A stretch of DNA of 62,100 bases, the filler included. It is 14 parts of 14 records of this genome, joined end to end, with 100 filler letters (N's around TTAATTAATTAA, not from the genome) between each part and the next. Parts side by side here need not be neighbours in the genome. Positions count along the whole stretch, not along the records: positions 39,074 to 49,048 come from SRR9670534_1623; positions 49,149 to 51,945 come from SRR9670534_1626; positions 52,046 to 54,427 come from SRR9670534_1630; positions 54,528 to 59,411 come from SRR9670534_1636; 10 more parts are not named here. One strand, written 5' to 3'. How positions within the stretch are numbered: the first letter of the stretch is position 1; every line of letters begins with the position of its first letter. The notes under the pieces were generated by a model. It was given only the letters and a program-made list of their open reading frames with translations. It made no database searches and was not told where the DNA came from. This document shows, one piece after another, positions 41,715 through 55,702 of the stretch. The translations under genes were made by a program, and so were the position numbers.

Positions 41715-44363
41715 TTAGCGCCATCTTTTTATAGTTTGCTCAGGTGATGCTTTGTTGTTTTTTGATGTTGATCTACTGAATAGTCCCTGAAAAGGTTTTC
41801 GTCTGATAGGAATTAAGGAGAAAGGTCGTTGATTTTTCTTTTTTGGTTCATTTGAAGGAATCGACTCACTGGGCACTTTATTTATGGCAGTAGTAACACC
41901 ATTTTTCTTCTGGTTTTGATGTTTATTATTATGAATGTCAGCTTTATTTTCAGTTGGATCAGAAATAGCTGGGGGATCATAAAAACTAACTGATTTCTTA
42001 ATTTTTTCAGCACTTGAACCAGATGTAATACATTTCTTATTAGTCATCCTTCTTTTACTTACAATGTCATCGTCACTCAAAGAGGCTACCTTTTTAGCAC
42101 CAGCTTTTGCTATTTTTTGATCTGTGACAGGAGTAGAATCCTTCTTGGTTTCATTGTCTTTGACCTCTTGACCTTGTATTGGTGTAGGTTTAACAGTTTT
42201 CTCAGAGCCTGTAGCAGCATTTTTAAGAACTGCAAAAGTTGTAAAAGTTGATAATGGCTTCTCTTCATATTCTTCAGTACATGGCGTATCACCATCTGCA
42301 AATAAGAGATTGTCAACTAGAGATTTTTCGGCAGAATTACTAATGTCACAGTCATCGACTTTATTTTGAGTACCAGTAGGAGAGACATCTTCATGGAAAG
42401 ATATGAGATCATCATTTATGGCATTTTCATCGTTGCTAACTTCAGCAATTGGTTCCTGCTTATTGAGCAAACAAGGTTGTTGGTGAAGTTGTGAAGAATC
42501 CCCATCCTCCAAACTTGGTAGCATTGGAGTTGCAACATCAACACCAGATTCGGAAGAATAGCTTCTAAAAGACTGTACAGATTTTCGTTTGCTGCTATTT
42601 TCCGCCTTTTTCTTTGCATCAAAAATACTGCGAGAAATAGGCAAGAGGGGTGTAGCAGAAATCTCACGGGTTTTTTGAATAGTGATTCCTTCAGCAGAAA
42701 AATCGACATCTCTCAAATCAATCATGACTTCTGGCGAAATGTCAGATCGAACGTTCACATCATTTCCAGTGCATTTCGACCTGTTATTATGGACCCCACA
42801 GCCGTTGCAATTATGACGATTGTTGTCCTTTCTCTGATTATTATGGTAGCTTGATAAAAAGTCTAAACCAGGCAGAAAAGTTTGATGTTCATTTGGCTTG
42901 CTACCAATGTCACCATCGTCATTATTACTATCATGAAAAGATTTTATGTTCAGTGATGTCAGATGGTACTTATTCAACCAATGTTGAATCTTCTGCATAG
43001 AAATATTAGTTTGAACATCTGTTGTCCTTGTTGGTACTATCTTCTTCTCTTCAAGATGTTGTGTTTGAACAAACTTTGATGTAGATGATGTAGCTGATAA
43101 TGGCACCTTTTTCCTGTGTATAGGAGAATTTGGGGTTCTATTTTGAAGACATAGCACTGTAATTAAATTAGATAGCAATGAAATTAAGACATTTGTAGAG
43201 TTTGGTACATTATTATCATCAGTAGCAGTTGTAGCACTGAGCAATTTATGCAAACAACAATCACAGTCCTTTTCGATAAAACCACTAGTAGTAGACCCAG
43301 CAATTGCAGATTCATCTTCCTCGTGATGTCTTTTCATCCTATGATACAGTTTAATTAAATCCAAATCTCCGATAGTATTACTGGTGGTGCCACTAGCAGT
43401 GAGTTCTTTGTCTTTGTTGGTTCTTCTTCCATTATCACAATTTTCTTCATGGCAAACAAAATTAGCCCATGATGTGGTTCTGTTCCTATTCTCAGGAGAA
43501 TTGTCGAGGTGGTTTTTAGCCATCCATAATCGTTCCAACTCAGCAGATGATGTGTACGTACTGGAAGAATCATCATCATCATCATCGTCATCAACATCAT
43601 CATGATCAGACATGCAACCAAAGGTAATTTTGTAATCCTTTTTGGGGTTTCCTGAAGAGGATGAAGAAGACTGTCTAGAATTTGGTTTATTCCGTTCTTG
43701 GTTTGTAATGACAATCTCATTTGTAGTGGCATTATTATTACTACAACCAGCAGTGGCAGCAGGTAAATGCAAATCTTCTTCACATGCAGACTCTGTAGAG
43801 GTTGATGATGACGTTGATGAACTCATATCATCCAAGTCGTAATTAATTACCTAATTTATCGAAAAAAATCATGTTAGTAATCATCGTGGAACGAAAAGGT
43901 GCAATTACAATGACGAAACTGCACTCCCTCCGTTACCTGGACGAAACGACCCATTTACAACAAGGAATATAAGCTTTTGTTAAAATAATATTCACGAACA
44001 TCCGATACATAGTTGCAAATGAGTCATTATTCATAAAAAGAGTATATTATTATTAAATATTTATAAACTATAATGTTGAATTTATAAAAAATATTTTACC
44101 CTGTTTTCTTGATCAGGTGTTCGCATGCAATCTAGCACTTCAAGTACGGTTTGATCAACACCATTCCTATGTTCATCCCATATAAGTCCGAGAAGATGAC
44201 CTATGTCTTGATTTGGAACTTCCTCCTGTGGTAGCAAAAATTTCTCCATCGACTCAATATTAAAATCTTCCATATCAATCTCAGCCACCTTTGAGTCCAA
44301 GCAAACATCCATGACTTCCCCTGTCCCTGCCAATGGGGGTGATCTAACCAAACATACATTCAT
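41715..44363 (-). CDS. Uncharacterised, largely disordered protein of about 800 aa, 2 exons
   Basis: Exon 1 (44363 to about 44100; ...PDQENR|gtaaaa) splices in phase to ttag|GTAATTAATTAC, which opens into the 706-codon ORF. Ser/Asp/Asn-rich; no recognised domain. Confidence 0.7.
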
Positions 44364-45233
44364 AAAAACCCCTAATATTTAATAATAAAAAAGAAACATA
44401 CTTTTTCAATTACAACTAAAAACAATTTTCAGGAAGAAATGCTGTTCATTTGCTGCAAGCAGCAGAAACGGCCTCAAGAACAGAACAAGCAAGTAGCAAC
44501 TGAAATTTATGAATGGCTATATTGATTATTATATGTGGCTGGCTGGTTGGCTAGCATATAGAAAGACAGAGTGGAGGAGGAATAGCTGCAGCAGCTACTG
44601 ACTTCAATAGGGAGAAGGAAATTATCATATACATACATCAGCATAAATAAAACATCCAAATTAGTGCCTAATAGTATTGTGCTATACTATCTGGGTAGTA
44701 AAGCATATGTACCAATGGTAATAATAATAATAATCGATAATACTATGACGCTTTATAATTGTCGATATACAGTATTATTTGTAATAAATAACCCTTTAAA
44801 ATACAGTATCCTGCTAGGAGAGGTTAAACACACTATTTATGGCAAAGTTTTGCTATAGTTAGCAGAGAAAAAGCAAATGTCGTTGGGGTTGTTGGTGTGA
44901 GTTATGTTTGACAAGGACTCTTTCTTACAATTGACAGTATTTATGTACTATTCTTAACTTGTAATTTATTGTTTATAATAAGAAACAACATCACTGTGTA
45001 TGCAATTATACCTTTTGGCAAATTTTTTCATCTATGATTAAGCAGCAGTACGTATGTACAACAAGATTATTACGGAATGTAAATGAGACAAGTAGTACAG
45101 CTATAACAAATTCTTGCTTTTTATCATAAAATTTCATTATCAAAATTTTAACAAATAACCTTGAAATACTATGTATAACAAATAAACATGACTGCGCAAG
45201 TGAAAATTAAAGTTAAATTAATTATTATGCAAA

Positions 45234-48200
45234 TTACAAAGATAGCACATGATTATACTCAGTTCGAAGAGATGCAGCTCGAACCAGGATATCTTGGACA
45301 CTTACGACTTCCGGATAATTCTGTAAAAGATGAATGTTAGTTGATAATTCACTTTCCATTAATTCTGACTTGATTAATCTGAAATTTGACGACATGATGT
45401 CGTCGACATCCAAATATTATAAGTTATAATTTATATTATAATTTATAACGTACTACGTTAAACGTAGGCTTATTTTGCAATGTTATTATTATTACTACTA
45501 CAACATTACTACATTACATTACTACTACTATTATTATTATTGGTACAAATAATAATAATAACAATAATAATAAGTTATTATTATAATAACAACTATTCAT
45601 AACATAAAAATATACTATATCCAAATTGTACTATATCATAAATACTAGGTGTATCATATCATGATAATCATAATATAATATTACGGTACTATAACATATT
45701 ATAATATACTATAGTATATTATATTTATAATATATAGTCACTATATATTGATTATAGTGTACTATTATACAATAGTATGGTATTATAGTATAGTATTATT
45801 GCATTATATTGCAATATATACATTACAGTATAATATCATAGTATACTATAATGTACTGGTACAGTACCATGTGTAGTACACATTGTGTACAGTACAAGTA
45901 CACGCTGTACATGCACGTTCTACTTTGCATAATAATATTATGATAATATACTACAGTATAATTATAATATTACAATATATACTGTAGTATAATTATAATA
46001 TATAGAATTATAATTCCATATATATAGTATTATTAATGTTTATGATATATAGATAGGTATTATTAGAAACAATTGTTTAAATATAAGACAATGTAGGTTA
46101 ATTAAATCTTACACCATCATTGCACAACAAATAAACAGAAGAAAGTTAAAGCGTTCTTCATCAGCAAAGAGTGAGTCCCATAATCTCAGTACCTCTAAAA
46201 AGAAGCGAGTAGTTGTTGACAATGCAGACTAATTATGATAAAAAGGGCAACAAGAAATTGCACTATAATCACCAGGCAACTGGAATTCCTGTGAAAGAAG
46301 TAGGGTAATCCACCGAAAAGCAAAATATTCTGGTTTTATCCCCTGATTAGACAAGTATTCCTGAAGTTCAGGATCAATAACTTCTAATAATTTCCATAAG
46401 GAGGACATCATGAAACCTAAAGTGCAAACAGAATCAACAACTTATTATGAATAATAATGTAGTTGATCATATTGTGGAAAGAAGGCTATCTTACCAATTC
46501 CACTCGTAGAATGATCCAGTGTTTTAATGAAAAAATCTCTAATCTCTGACATTAAATTGGTAAAGCAAAAAAAGGTATCTGCCTCTGCATGTACTGAAAA
46601 ATGAGAGTTCTTTAATTAATAATAATGGGTTTAGAAGCTTCCTAACCCTGGTCATCACCATCTTTACTAGTTGCAAAAACATAATAGAGGGGTCCAACAA
46701 TTTCGTTCATGCCTTGTACATAACCCTGGCCTGGGTTTAGTTTTGCATAAATAAAGAGTATACGTTCACATACTTCCCAATGAGTTTCCTGAGTGGATTC
46801 TAATAAGTATTCATGTAAAGTGTTACCTCTTTGCTTCGTATTGCAGCTTTCCGCCTTAATAAAGGAAGTATTCTCGTAATGTGTCAAAAAGTATGCAAAT
46901 TATAAACAAGCTAATTATTTCAACTATAATATAGTGTAGTTGTAAATACACTATTCCAATATAGTTGTTGTTATTAAATACACTATTCCAATATGGACAG
47001 ATATTCTTGAACATAATTACATGGAACGTTCGCATTTTATCTTTAGACCAAATTTCCTCAGCTTCCAAAGCAGATTGCGCTATTCTTTTGCGAATACTTT
47101 CACATCGGGAAGAGTTTCCTTCTCCAACATACGTAATCAGTGGATTCTCAGAAGCATGTTGAAAAAACGATAATTCTGGATAAAGGCGCCTGTAAAAGTA
47201 AATATTCTATGTATTCTATGTATTCTGTGTATTGTAAATCACAAATTGCAATTTACTTTTCAATTTGTAAACTTAAGTTACTTAAACTTATTAATGATAT
47301 CATGTGCTGCAAAAATATCAATAGCAACATCTATTAATTCTAAAATGATAACCTGCAATCCTTGTCAATGAGAACCAGAACTTCGTTGTCTTTAAAATAG
47401 GAAGTCCATGCACTGTCAGGTTCTGGGTTCAGTGGATGGTCCAGTACACAATCAGCTGCAATATCGCTGACTTCTGGCTCAATAACAAATTCCATTAGAA
47501 ACTGCTTATATAGTTCCCTAAAACAAAAGCAACTATTGATATTAGGTATTATTATACATAATATAATTATGCATTGCATGATACGTTTCCTTATGAATCA
47601 TACGTATATTATTTAGAAGTATAGTGTGCAAGCATATTACGTCGCATAAGTACAGTGTATTATGCGCAAAATTCGCGCGACACATATGATACTTGACAAG
47701 TATTACTTGTACGGTACAAGTAATAAGTAATACTTGTCAAGTATCATATGTGTCACGCGAATTTTACGCCGTAGTCGACTTCAGGTTGCTACTTAACAAG
47801 CTTTCCTGTAGTCTTTTACAGCAACAATTTGTTCATAACTTACGAATGGTAAGTACTATACCTAGTTCTCTTTTGTCTCAAACCCAAAACCCCAACACAA
47901 GAAAGCTTACTACAACCTGTAATTTACAAGTTGCAATTCAGAATACCTACGGTACTTGAAAAATATGTCTACCATGTACTTATTACGGAGTACCTAGGCC
48001 AATTACGTAAATGAAACATCGTTAGGGGACAGTAAATTTGCTTAACGTGCATTTACAACATATCTTATATGATACACTGTACACTGTACAATGCATACCT
48101 GTACTCGTAAATGTTAGTGCATACTGGCACATTACGGATAGAACATGTTGAATACTGTAGACGTCAAAATCTTATACATAGGTAGGTATTACTAAACCCA

Positions 48201-48688
48201 ATTCAAAAAAATATTGTAGTTGGACCGCTGAAGGCTAGTCAGTGCCATGCAGTGCATGGCATGCACAACCGTAATAATGACAAGTACACTTGTCGTTATT
48301 ATAAGACATACACTTGTACTAGGTATGCACTATCGTAAGTACCTAAATCAAATTTGCGACAGTTTACTAAATTTACTAGGTAAGTAAATCTACCTATTAC
48401 CTATTTAGTATTGTAGTACTGGTACTCCTATTTATTGAGACATTAATCTAGTTTTTGTAAACCTAGGAAATACATATAAATGAATACAAACCTTTGTTTT
48501 CGGATAACAACGCTTTTAGTATCGGAATCACACGGAACGTAACCTAACAAAATTTTCCAGCATTTCGTTCGACAAAAGCCGTCTTCTAAGCAACCAGTAA
48601 AACATAATCTTCTAACACTTTTAAGGTCTATCACTCGATTTGAAAATATTTCAAAAAATTCGTTGGTTTTAGTACTTTCAACATTCAT
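45234..48688 (-). CDS. TBC1D13: TBC1 domain Rab-GAP, 8 exons, apparently complete
   Basis: RTKCWKILLGYVP, DHPLNPEPDSAWTSYFKDNEVLVLIDKDCR, HWEVCERILFIYAKLNPGQGYVQGMNEIVGPLYYVFA, FAFRWITLLLSQEF; last exon ...LLQNYPEVVSVQDIL...L*. Confidence 0.93.
47664..47769. repeat. Near-perfect palindrome with arms of about 45 bp, in TBC1D13 intron 1
   Basis: GCGCAAAATTCGCGCGACACATATGATACTTGACAAGTATTACTT...AAGTAATACTTGTCAAGTATCATATGTGTCACGCGAATTTTACGC. Confidence 0.9.
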
Positions 48689-50297
48689 AGACTGCTACTC
48701 GAAAACCTAAAATTGTGTGCATAAAGCATGTACCATATAGCGCATGTAGTATGATACGGTCCGTATCCGATTAGATGTATACCTAATACATATACCGTGT
48801 ATGTATAATATACATATTGTAGTACAATGATTGTAACATTATGGTACGTACATATGTAGTACATATTATCATTATATCATATTATTAATAATATGTATAA
48901 ATTGTATGGTACATATTATGTACCATATAATTTATACGTACGGTATGCTAAGTATGTAGGTCCTGTCAATACAACTGTAAACTAATCAGCAACAGAAGAT
49001 CAACATACGTATTACCCTGGTAACAAAGCCTACGATACATACCTATTANNNNNNNNNNNNNNNNNNNNNNNNNNNNNNNNNNNNNNNNNNNNTTAATTAA
49101 TTAANNNNNNNNNNNNNNNNNNNNNNNNNNNNNNNNNNNNNNNNNNNNTTTGTAGAATCCCCATTCTATAGAATGGGGTTCTTTTATGGTTCTACAAACG
49201 GCGGCTAACACATATACCATGTAGATATACATTAAATATGGGTACGGTACATACATATATCATATACATGATATATGTATGTACATAATACATACATACC
49301 TCTGAGGTATTACCTCATATACCTCGTGTAATACATCATGTAATAATACGTACGTAATACATACATAGTACATCATGTAATAATATGTATTGTACATACC
49401 TATTTGTATTTAATAGGTATTGTATTTAACTTCATCCTGAAATTCAGAATCTAAGTAAACATAGTGTACTTTGAAAGTACCTAATATGAATCATTTATTC
49501 ATAATACATACATATGTAATACATAGGCACTACAATGGTAATACATAGGCACTACAGTAAATATGTTCTTTGTTCCCATAATCCATATTTATTCCATGTT
49601 TATGATGACGAAAAATTTGTTTAGAAACACGGTTGTCTACTACCTAGGTAGTAGTACTACAGTAGTACGTACCTAGTAGGTAGTACCTAATTAGTAAACC
49701 TGAGAATTGTACTCTTACTGTGCTAATATTACTGTACTGTACATGTGTGTATCATACCCAATTTATGTGAGAATTTCTACAATACATATACCATGGTAAG
49801 TATGTACAATATACTTGTAAAGTAGTACATGTACATGTACATTTACATTTCTTAGTCTTCAGCTTTATTAACAACACATACATAAATACTGTATACTGTG
49901 TTGTGTCTATTTTATTAATAAGCCCTGACGTAGGTACCTATACATTTTTCTCAGTTTTATTATTACATATTAATAGTGCATACAGCATGTACATATAGTG
50001 CCTATACGTAATACGTAATCTACTATGCCGCAATGTCTTTATGTTGTTATTCATGTAGTGATGTGTTGTCACTCATTTATTAATAATGTTATTCCACAAA
50101 TACATATATGCTCTACTGTAACGTCATAACACCCATACGTGGAATTATCCACAACTGTGGTTATTTTAAGACGAAACAGCATCTTATATTATAAAATTAA
50201 ATTGAGAAAATACGCTAGAGGTAGCGTACTACATGGCCAACTCTCTAAACATTGCTATAATGATATGTTACCTGATTTGCATTGTTGTTATCGTAGC

Positions 50298-51421
50298 ATG
50301 ATGCACAAATGGATCATTATGGTTTACTTTTGGCAACTTGTTCATCAGACAAGACCGTGAAGGTATTTGAAGTTAAAAGTGGAACACATGCATTAATTGC
50401 CACTTTACATGGCCATGATGGTCCAGTTTGGCAAGTGGCATGGGCTAATCCAATGTACGGGACTATGTTTGCAACATGTTCTTACGACAGCAAAGTCATC
50501 ATTTGGCATCAGGGAGCAGACAAGAAATTTTCACAATATTATGTATATGCTGAACATGATTCCTCAGTGAACTCCATACAGTTTGCACCTCACGAATTTG
50601 GATTAATTCTTGCATGTGGAAGTTCTGATGGTAGCATTAGTATTCACACTCAGAGAGGTTGGTACTACCAATTTTACAATGTACATTATATTACGCTGTA
50701 CTACAATGGAAACATACATGCAAGTTTGTACGTAAGTACTGTTTAGATAATGCCTTACATTCGTCACCAGATGAGCTCTTTGCGGTTCGCAGAATAACTG
50801 CTGCACATACGGTAGATAATTTTTATGAAGTAAATTGTAAATAATTTTGTTTCAATATGCTAATTGCGATCTTTTTACTATAATGTTTGTGTTTATTTTT
50901 TAGACAGGATGCAATGCTGTTAGTTGGGGACCTGCGGTTCAGCCGGGAATTTTGCTTGGACCCTCTGATGATGGCAGCGGTAATGAAGATAGATATGTGA
51001 AGAGATTTGCCTCTGGCGGTGGTGATAACCTGGTCAAAATTTGGAGGTATGACATTGGTATGTTTGGATTCTTCTTTTGAAGGTTTCTCATGCCAATAGT
51101 TCTATTTTAAATAATACGTTTTGTGTAATATCATATATATGATATATTTTTAATATTACTAATATGAGTATATAATATTACTAAGCTAATATTGAGTGAT
51201 ATTACTATTATAATATTGACAGCATAAAATATATCATATTGGTAATATCAGTGATATTACTAGTATGATATATTTTATGCTGTCTTTTCAAATATAGGGA
51301 AGATGAAAATGGCGAATGGATTGAAGAAACTCGACTTGAGCAACATACAGATTGGGTTAGAGACATTGCCTGGGCTCCAAGCTTTGGTCTGCCAAAGACA
51401 CGTATAGCGTCTTGTTCTCAG
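50298..51421 (+). CDS. SEC13: SEC13 WD40 protein (COPII / nuclear pore / GATOR2), internal exons; partial
   Basis: HDAQMDHYG...[90 protein letters not shown]. Confidence 0.95.
51218..51284. repeat. Palindromic hairpin in a SEC13 intron
   Basis: GACAGCATAAAATATATCATA...TATGATATATTTTATGCTGTC. Confidence 0.85.
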
Positions 51422-51514
51422 GTAACCACGCTGTGTATTCTCTTTATAAAGTTGTACATTAATAATTATATTAATTTAATAATTTATATTTCAATTAAGA
51501 AGACGTAAAATCAA

Positions 51515-51822
51515 TTCATTGCAAAGTGACATCGAATAATTCGGAATTTAATATGTAATAAGAAGAAATGTATTATACAAAAGCAGACTAATTTTGTCAT
51601 TAGTAATGACTCGTTACAATATCATCAGTGCAATACAATAAGGAAAACACGCACAAATAAGCTACGCAAATAGGTAGGACTTAAAAGTTAAAACTGTATA
51701 ATATAATAATCTTTCGTGTTTTCCTCGCTGTATTGAACTGTCGTAATGACGTCGTAATGACGAAACTAGTCTGCTTTTGTATAATATTTTACTATTAATA
51801 AATTCAATGTTACTTTGGAAGA
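51515..51822. mobile_element. MITE-like fold-back element in a SEC13 intron
   Basis: Left arm TATTATACAAAAGCAGACTA...AGGAAAACACG (51571-51651) pairs with right arm CGTGTTTTCCT...TAGTCTGCTTTTGTATAATA (51715-51786), with weaker outer pairing. Confidence 0.65.
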
Positions 51823-52045
51823 ATAATTTATATTAATTAATGATTTAATAATTTATTATTAATCATTAACGTTAATAATTGAATAATATATACATATTAT
51901 TTAATTAATATATTTATATATACATATAATTAATATTATTATACANNNNNNNNNNNNNNNNNNNNNNNNNNNNNNNNNNNNNNNNNNNNTTAATTAATTA
52001 ANNNNNNNNNNNNNNNNNNNNNNNNNNNNNNNNNNNNNNNNNNNN

Positions 52046-52069
52046 ACACTTTTTGTGGGGCACCCTGTA
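52046..52069 (-). mobile_element. Probable Tc1/mariner-type TIR end at a contig start
   Basis: Minus strand reads TA-CAGGGTGCCCCACAAAAAGTGT, a CAGGGTG TIR start with a TA target site. Confidence 0.45.
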
Positions 52070-52968
52070 GTATTATTAGTCAGTATTGTAAACTGAATAA
52101 TACTTAATTATAGTAGGCCTATTATTCATGAATCTACTGCTGTTATAGTTTGGCAGGTATTATAGTAGAACATATTTACCTTACGATAAATCCTTTAGGC
52201 CTATAAAAAAACTTATGCTTTTTACTTGGAAGAATCTAGGAGTTTTTATTTTTAGCCACGCCTCTACTACACTATATTACTAGCGACAACTATATGTAAA
52301 CTCAGGAGTTCTAATAGTAGTAGTCGATTATTCTTGCCAAACTAGGTTTTGAATGGTATTTACAATATTAATAATAATAATAACATCAGTTCACAATATA
52401 CAGCACGAGTATAGTATTTTATATTATTATTACCATAATATATCTAAAACACAATAAATCATTGATGATATACTAATAAAAATTCATTAAATTATCTAAT
52501 TATTAATAATATATAAGATTATAATAATTATTAATAATAATATATATTATAATAATATTTTTATAACAATAGTCTAGAGTTACAGAAATATTCAAATACA
52601 CTGTAAAATGGAATTAAAATACATCATTCAAATGTGTAACAAATAAAAATGTAGATAAAAATGAAGGTGTCAAGAAAGTTATGATATCTCATTGAGTCAA
52701 TACATGTGAATACTATAGGGAGCCCCATAAAAAGGTAAGGATTTATAAGTTACAGAAGTACTTTACAAATTCTTCCCTTTTATACGGAGGTCCCTGTATG
52801 CAATGATTATCCTAAATATTTGTACTATAGGGATACTAAATAGATGGTAGACCTATTCAAAATAACAAACAATGATTTTATAACAACCGATCAACGGTTA
52901 TTATTAATGTTAATAATAAGGATACTAAATATACTAAATAACTATAGCACTTATAGCAATCGATGATT

Positions 52969-54023
52969 TTACTTGGAACGATAGACTTCATCATCTACAA
53001 AAAGTACACAATTGTATCCATTTAGAAACTTAATAAGTAAATTTCTTTTTATTTCATTATGTTCATACTGAAGGACTTCTATGGGAATACCAAAGTCAAA
53101 AACATAATTGTATAATCCAGAAGGAAGGCCTAACTGCTTTTCTGTTGCCAAGTTTCTGTGCATATAATATCCAAATCTTGTGATGAAATGTATTCTAAGG
53201 CTTTGACGGCAATGAAATTGCAATGAGTTAACTTTAAGTTTCTCTTGAACATTGAAATCATCAAAATGATGCTCAGGCCTATAGTGTGCATGAAACATAA
53301 AATAAAATGTTTCAATTGAATTACGAAGAAAATTATTTGGATAGTAACTATAAAGCAAATGCAAGATTAAATGACCAGGAGTAAACCAAAAATATTGCAT
53401 TACTACATCAAAGGGGTCAGCACTGCAATTTAGTAAATCAATGGCAGAAGTAGAACATATAGATAAGATTTCTTTCAATGAACTTTGTTGTTGCAACTTT
53501 TGAATAAAAAGTTCATGTTTAGTAACTCTGCCATGCTCATCGGATAATTTTTCCAAGTATTTGAGCATCTTTTCGTCTTCAAGTTCTATAGTTAATGATT
53601 CATTAAATCTGTATCGCCAGAACAATATGTCTTCTCTGGACAGTTGAACATTGTTTCTTCTAACTTTTAAGCCAGACTCTAGGCATAATTTCAAGATTTG
53701 CCAACTTGGGCGCCTTGATTTTCGATAATGTTTTACTGCATGGCCGAACATACCGTGAGGGATCAAATCAGTAAGTAGCAGCAAAGGGCACATTAAGTCA
53801 ACTTCAAAGTCACTTGGTATGGTCGCATACATTAAGACTTTTTTGACTAGTTCAGTGTAATCATATGATCGAATATAAAAAAGACAGAGCACTTGCAAAA
53901 GAGAAAATTGTTCATATTTTTTGGTGTCTAAAATGGCTCGGTATAACTTGTTATCTCTACCAAGGTTAACTGAAACTAGAACATCTAAAACTTGAGAAGG
54001 ATCAAATTGCAGAGTAGGAGGAG
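52969..54023 (-). CDS. SOCS-box-containing protein (large terminal exon)
   Basis: C-terminal VNSLQFHCRQSLR...LGLPSGLYNYVF fits the BC-box and Cul5-box pattern. The frame stays open upstream of the listed ORF to a putative acceptor at about 54024. Confidence 0.7.
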
Positions 54024-55702
54024 CTGGTCATGTCATCGTTACTGTCATGGCATGTCATGTCAAACTTGCAGAAAAAATTTCGCTACGTCGCTGTAGCGAA
54101 ATTTTCAAAAATATATCATTGTGTCTATAGGCTAGTATAGACTCTATTTAGACTCTAGTATAGACTCGATATACTGTACATATAGGTAGAGTAGATATGT
54201 TGTTATTAAAATGTATTCAATATTATTATTGTAGTTATAAAGTATATTCAACATAGTAAATAGACCTACTTTTGTATACAATTAGTAATTTTCGCATACA
54301 ATTAGTAAATTAATAATTTTTCCAACTTGGAAATTCCAAGTCAACTTGAAGGAACTAAACTTTCAACAGGTAAATTACCTAAAAGGTATTTTTTTGAAAA
54401 TTTTGTTTGAAAATACATCTGAATACGNNNNNNNNNNNNNNNNNNNNNNNNNNNNNNNNNNNNNNNNNNNNTTAATTAATTAANNNNNNNNNNNNNNNNN
54501 NNNNNNNNNNNNNNNNNNNNNNNNNNNGTGGCAGAAATATATTGATCATATGATAGGAACATAGATTTCAAATTATTTATACCTTTTTGCTACAATTATT
54601 ATTATTAATTATACCTAGTATATGATTACACAATTTTCAAGCACAATAACTTATTCAAGCACAATAACTTATTATTGAATGCAATGAATAAAATTCTATC
54701 TATCACCGCGGTCACAAGGGGCACAATGCTTAGCTGTGAAGTAATATTGGTATCATATTGGAAATATATTGAATATACTATATTTTCTCAATTGAATGGT
54801 AAATTCTTGCATTATTAATATTTTAATGTTGATATTGATGAAATGAAATTTTCAATACTTCTAGCAACTACAATTACCTACATGTAGGCCTATTGAACTA
54901 ACGAAAGGTACTCCAATTCATGATGATGAAAACGCGAAATAAGTTAGCACCGAATACCTAATACAGTAATTAAACTACTGTTCAAATGTGTTCATAGGTA
55001 CATTCACTTTATATACCTAGTACAATATATCTTTGGTGAACATTGTTCGCACAATCATTTCATCTATTATTATGACGATGGTAACTATGCTGACGTTTTA
55101 TTAGTTACTAAGCTGAGCATTATTATAGAATAAATTATTAATAATAACTTATTCCTATTAATTTAATAACAATTCAAATCACTGACCAAATTTTTAGCTT
55201 ACTATAAATTATTATATATTATTATCCATATTAGGTAATATTGTATCTACAAAATTTGAGCCCTATTATAATACTATAGTACGTATATAGGTGCATTATG
55301 TCGTTGGAAAACTCATGCCAACACAGTGTGAAAAAATTGAAGCGATAGGCCCTATTAATAGCCCATGGTTCAATTGTTAATAATAAATATTTAATAATAA
55401 CTACTAAATTAATAATAATAGCTTTATTAATAAAAAATATGGCGTTTAGTAAAAAACAATGAATTATAACTTTGTTTTATTGTTACATATTAATACATTC
55501 GTTCCTTTTTTATCATCAAAGTAAAAGTAACTCTTGGTAAACAACTGGTGCATCATCTCATGTACTGCCACGATCTGGCCGTAACATTAGCACTATACTA
55601 CTATACCTATGGCACATGGTATAGGACTACAGTTGTACATGATTATGACGCTAGTGTCTTGTTGCATAAAGGCTTCAAAACTAATTTATTAAATTGACTA
55701 TT

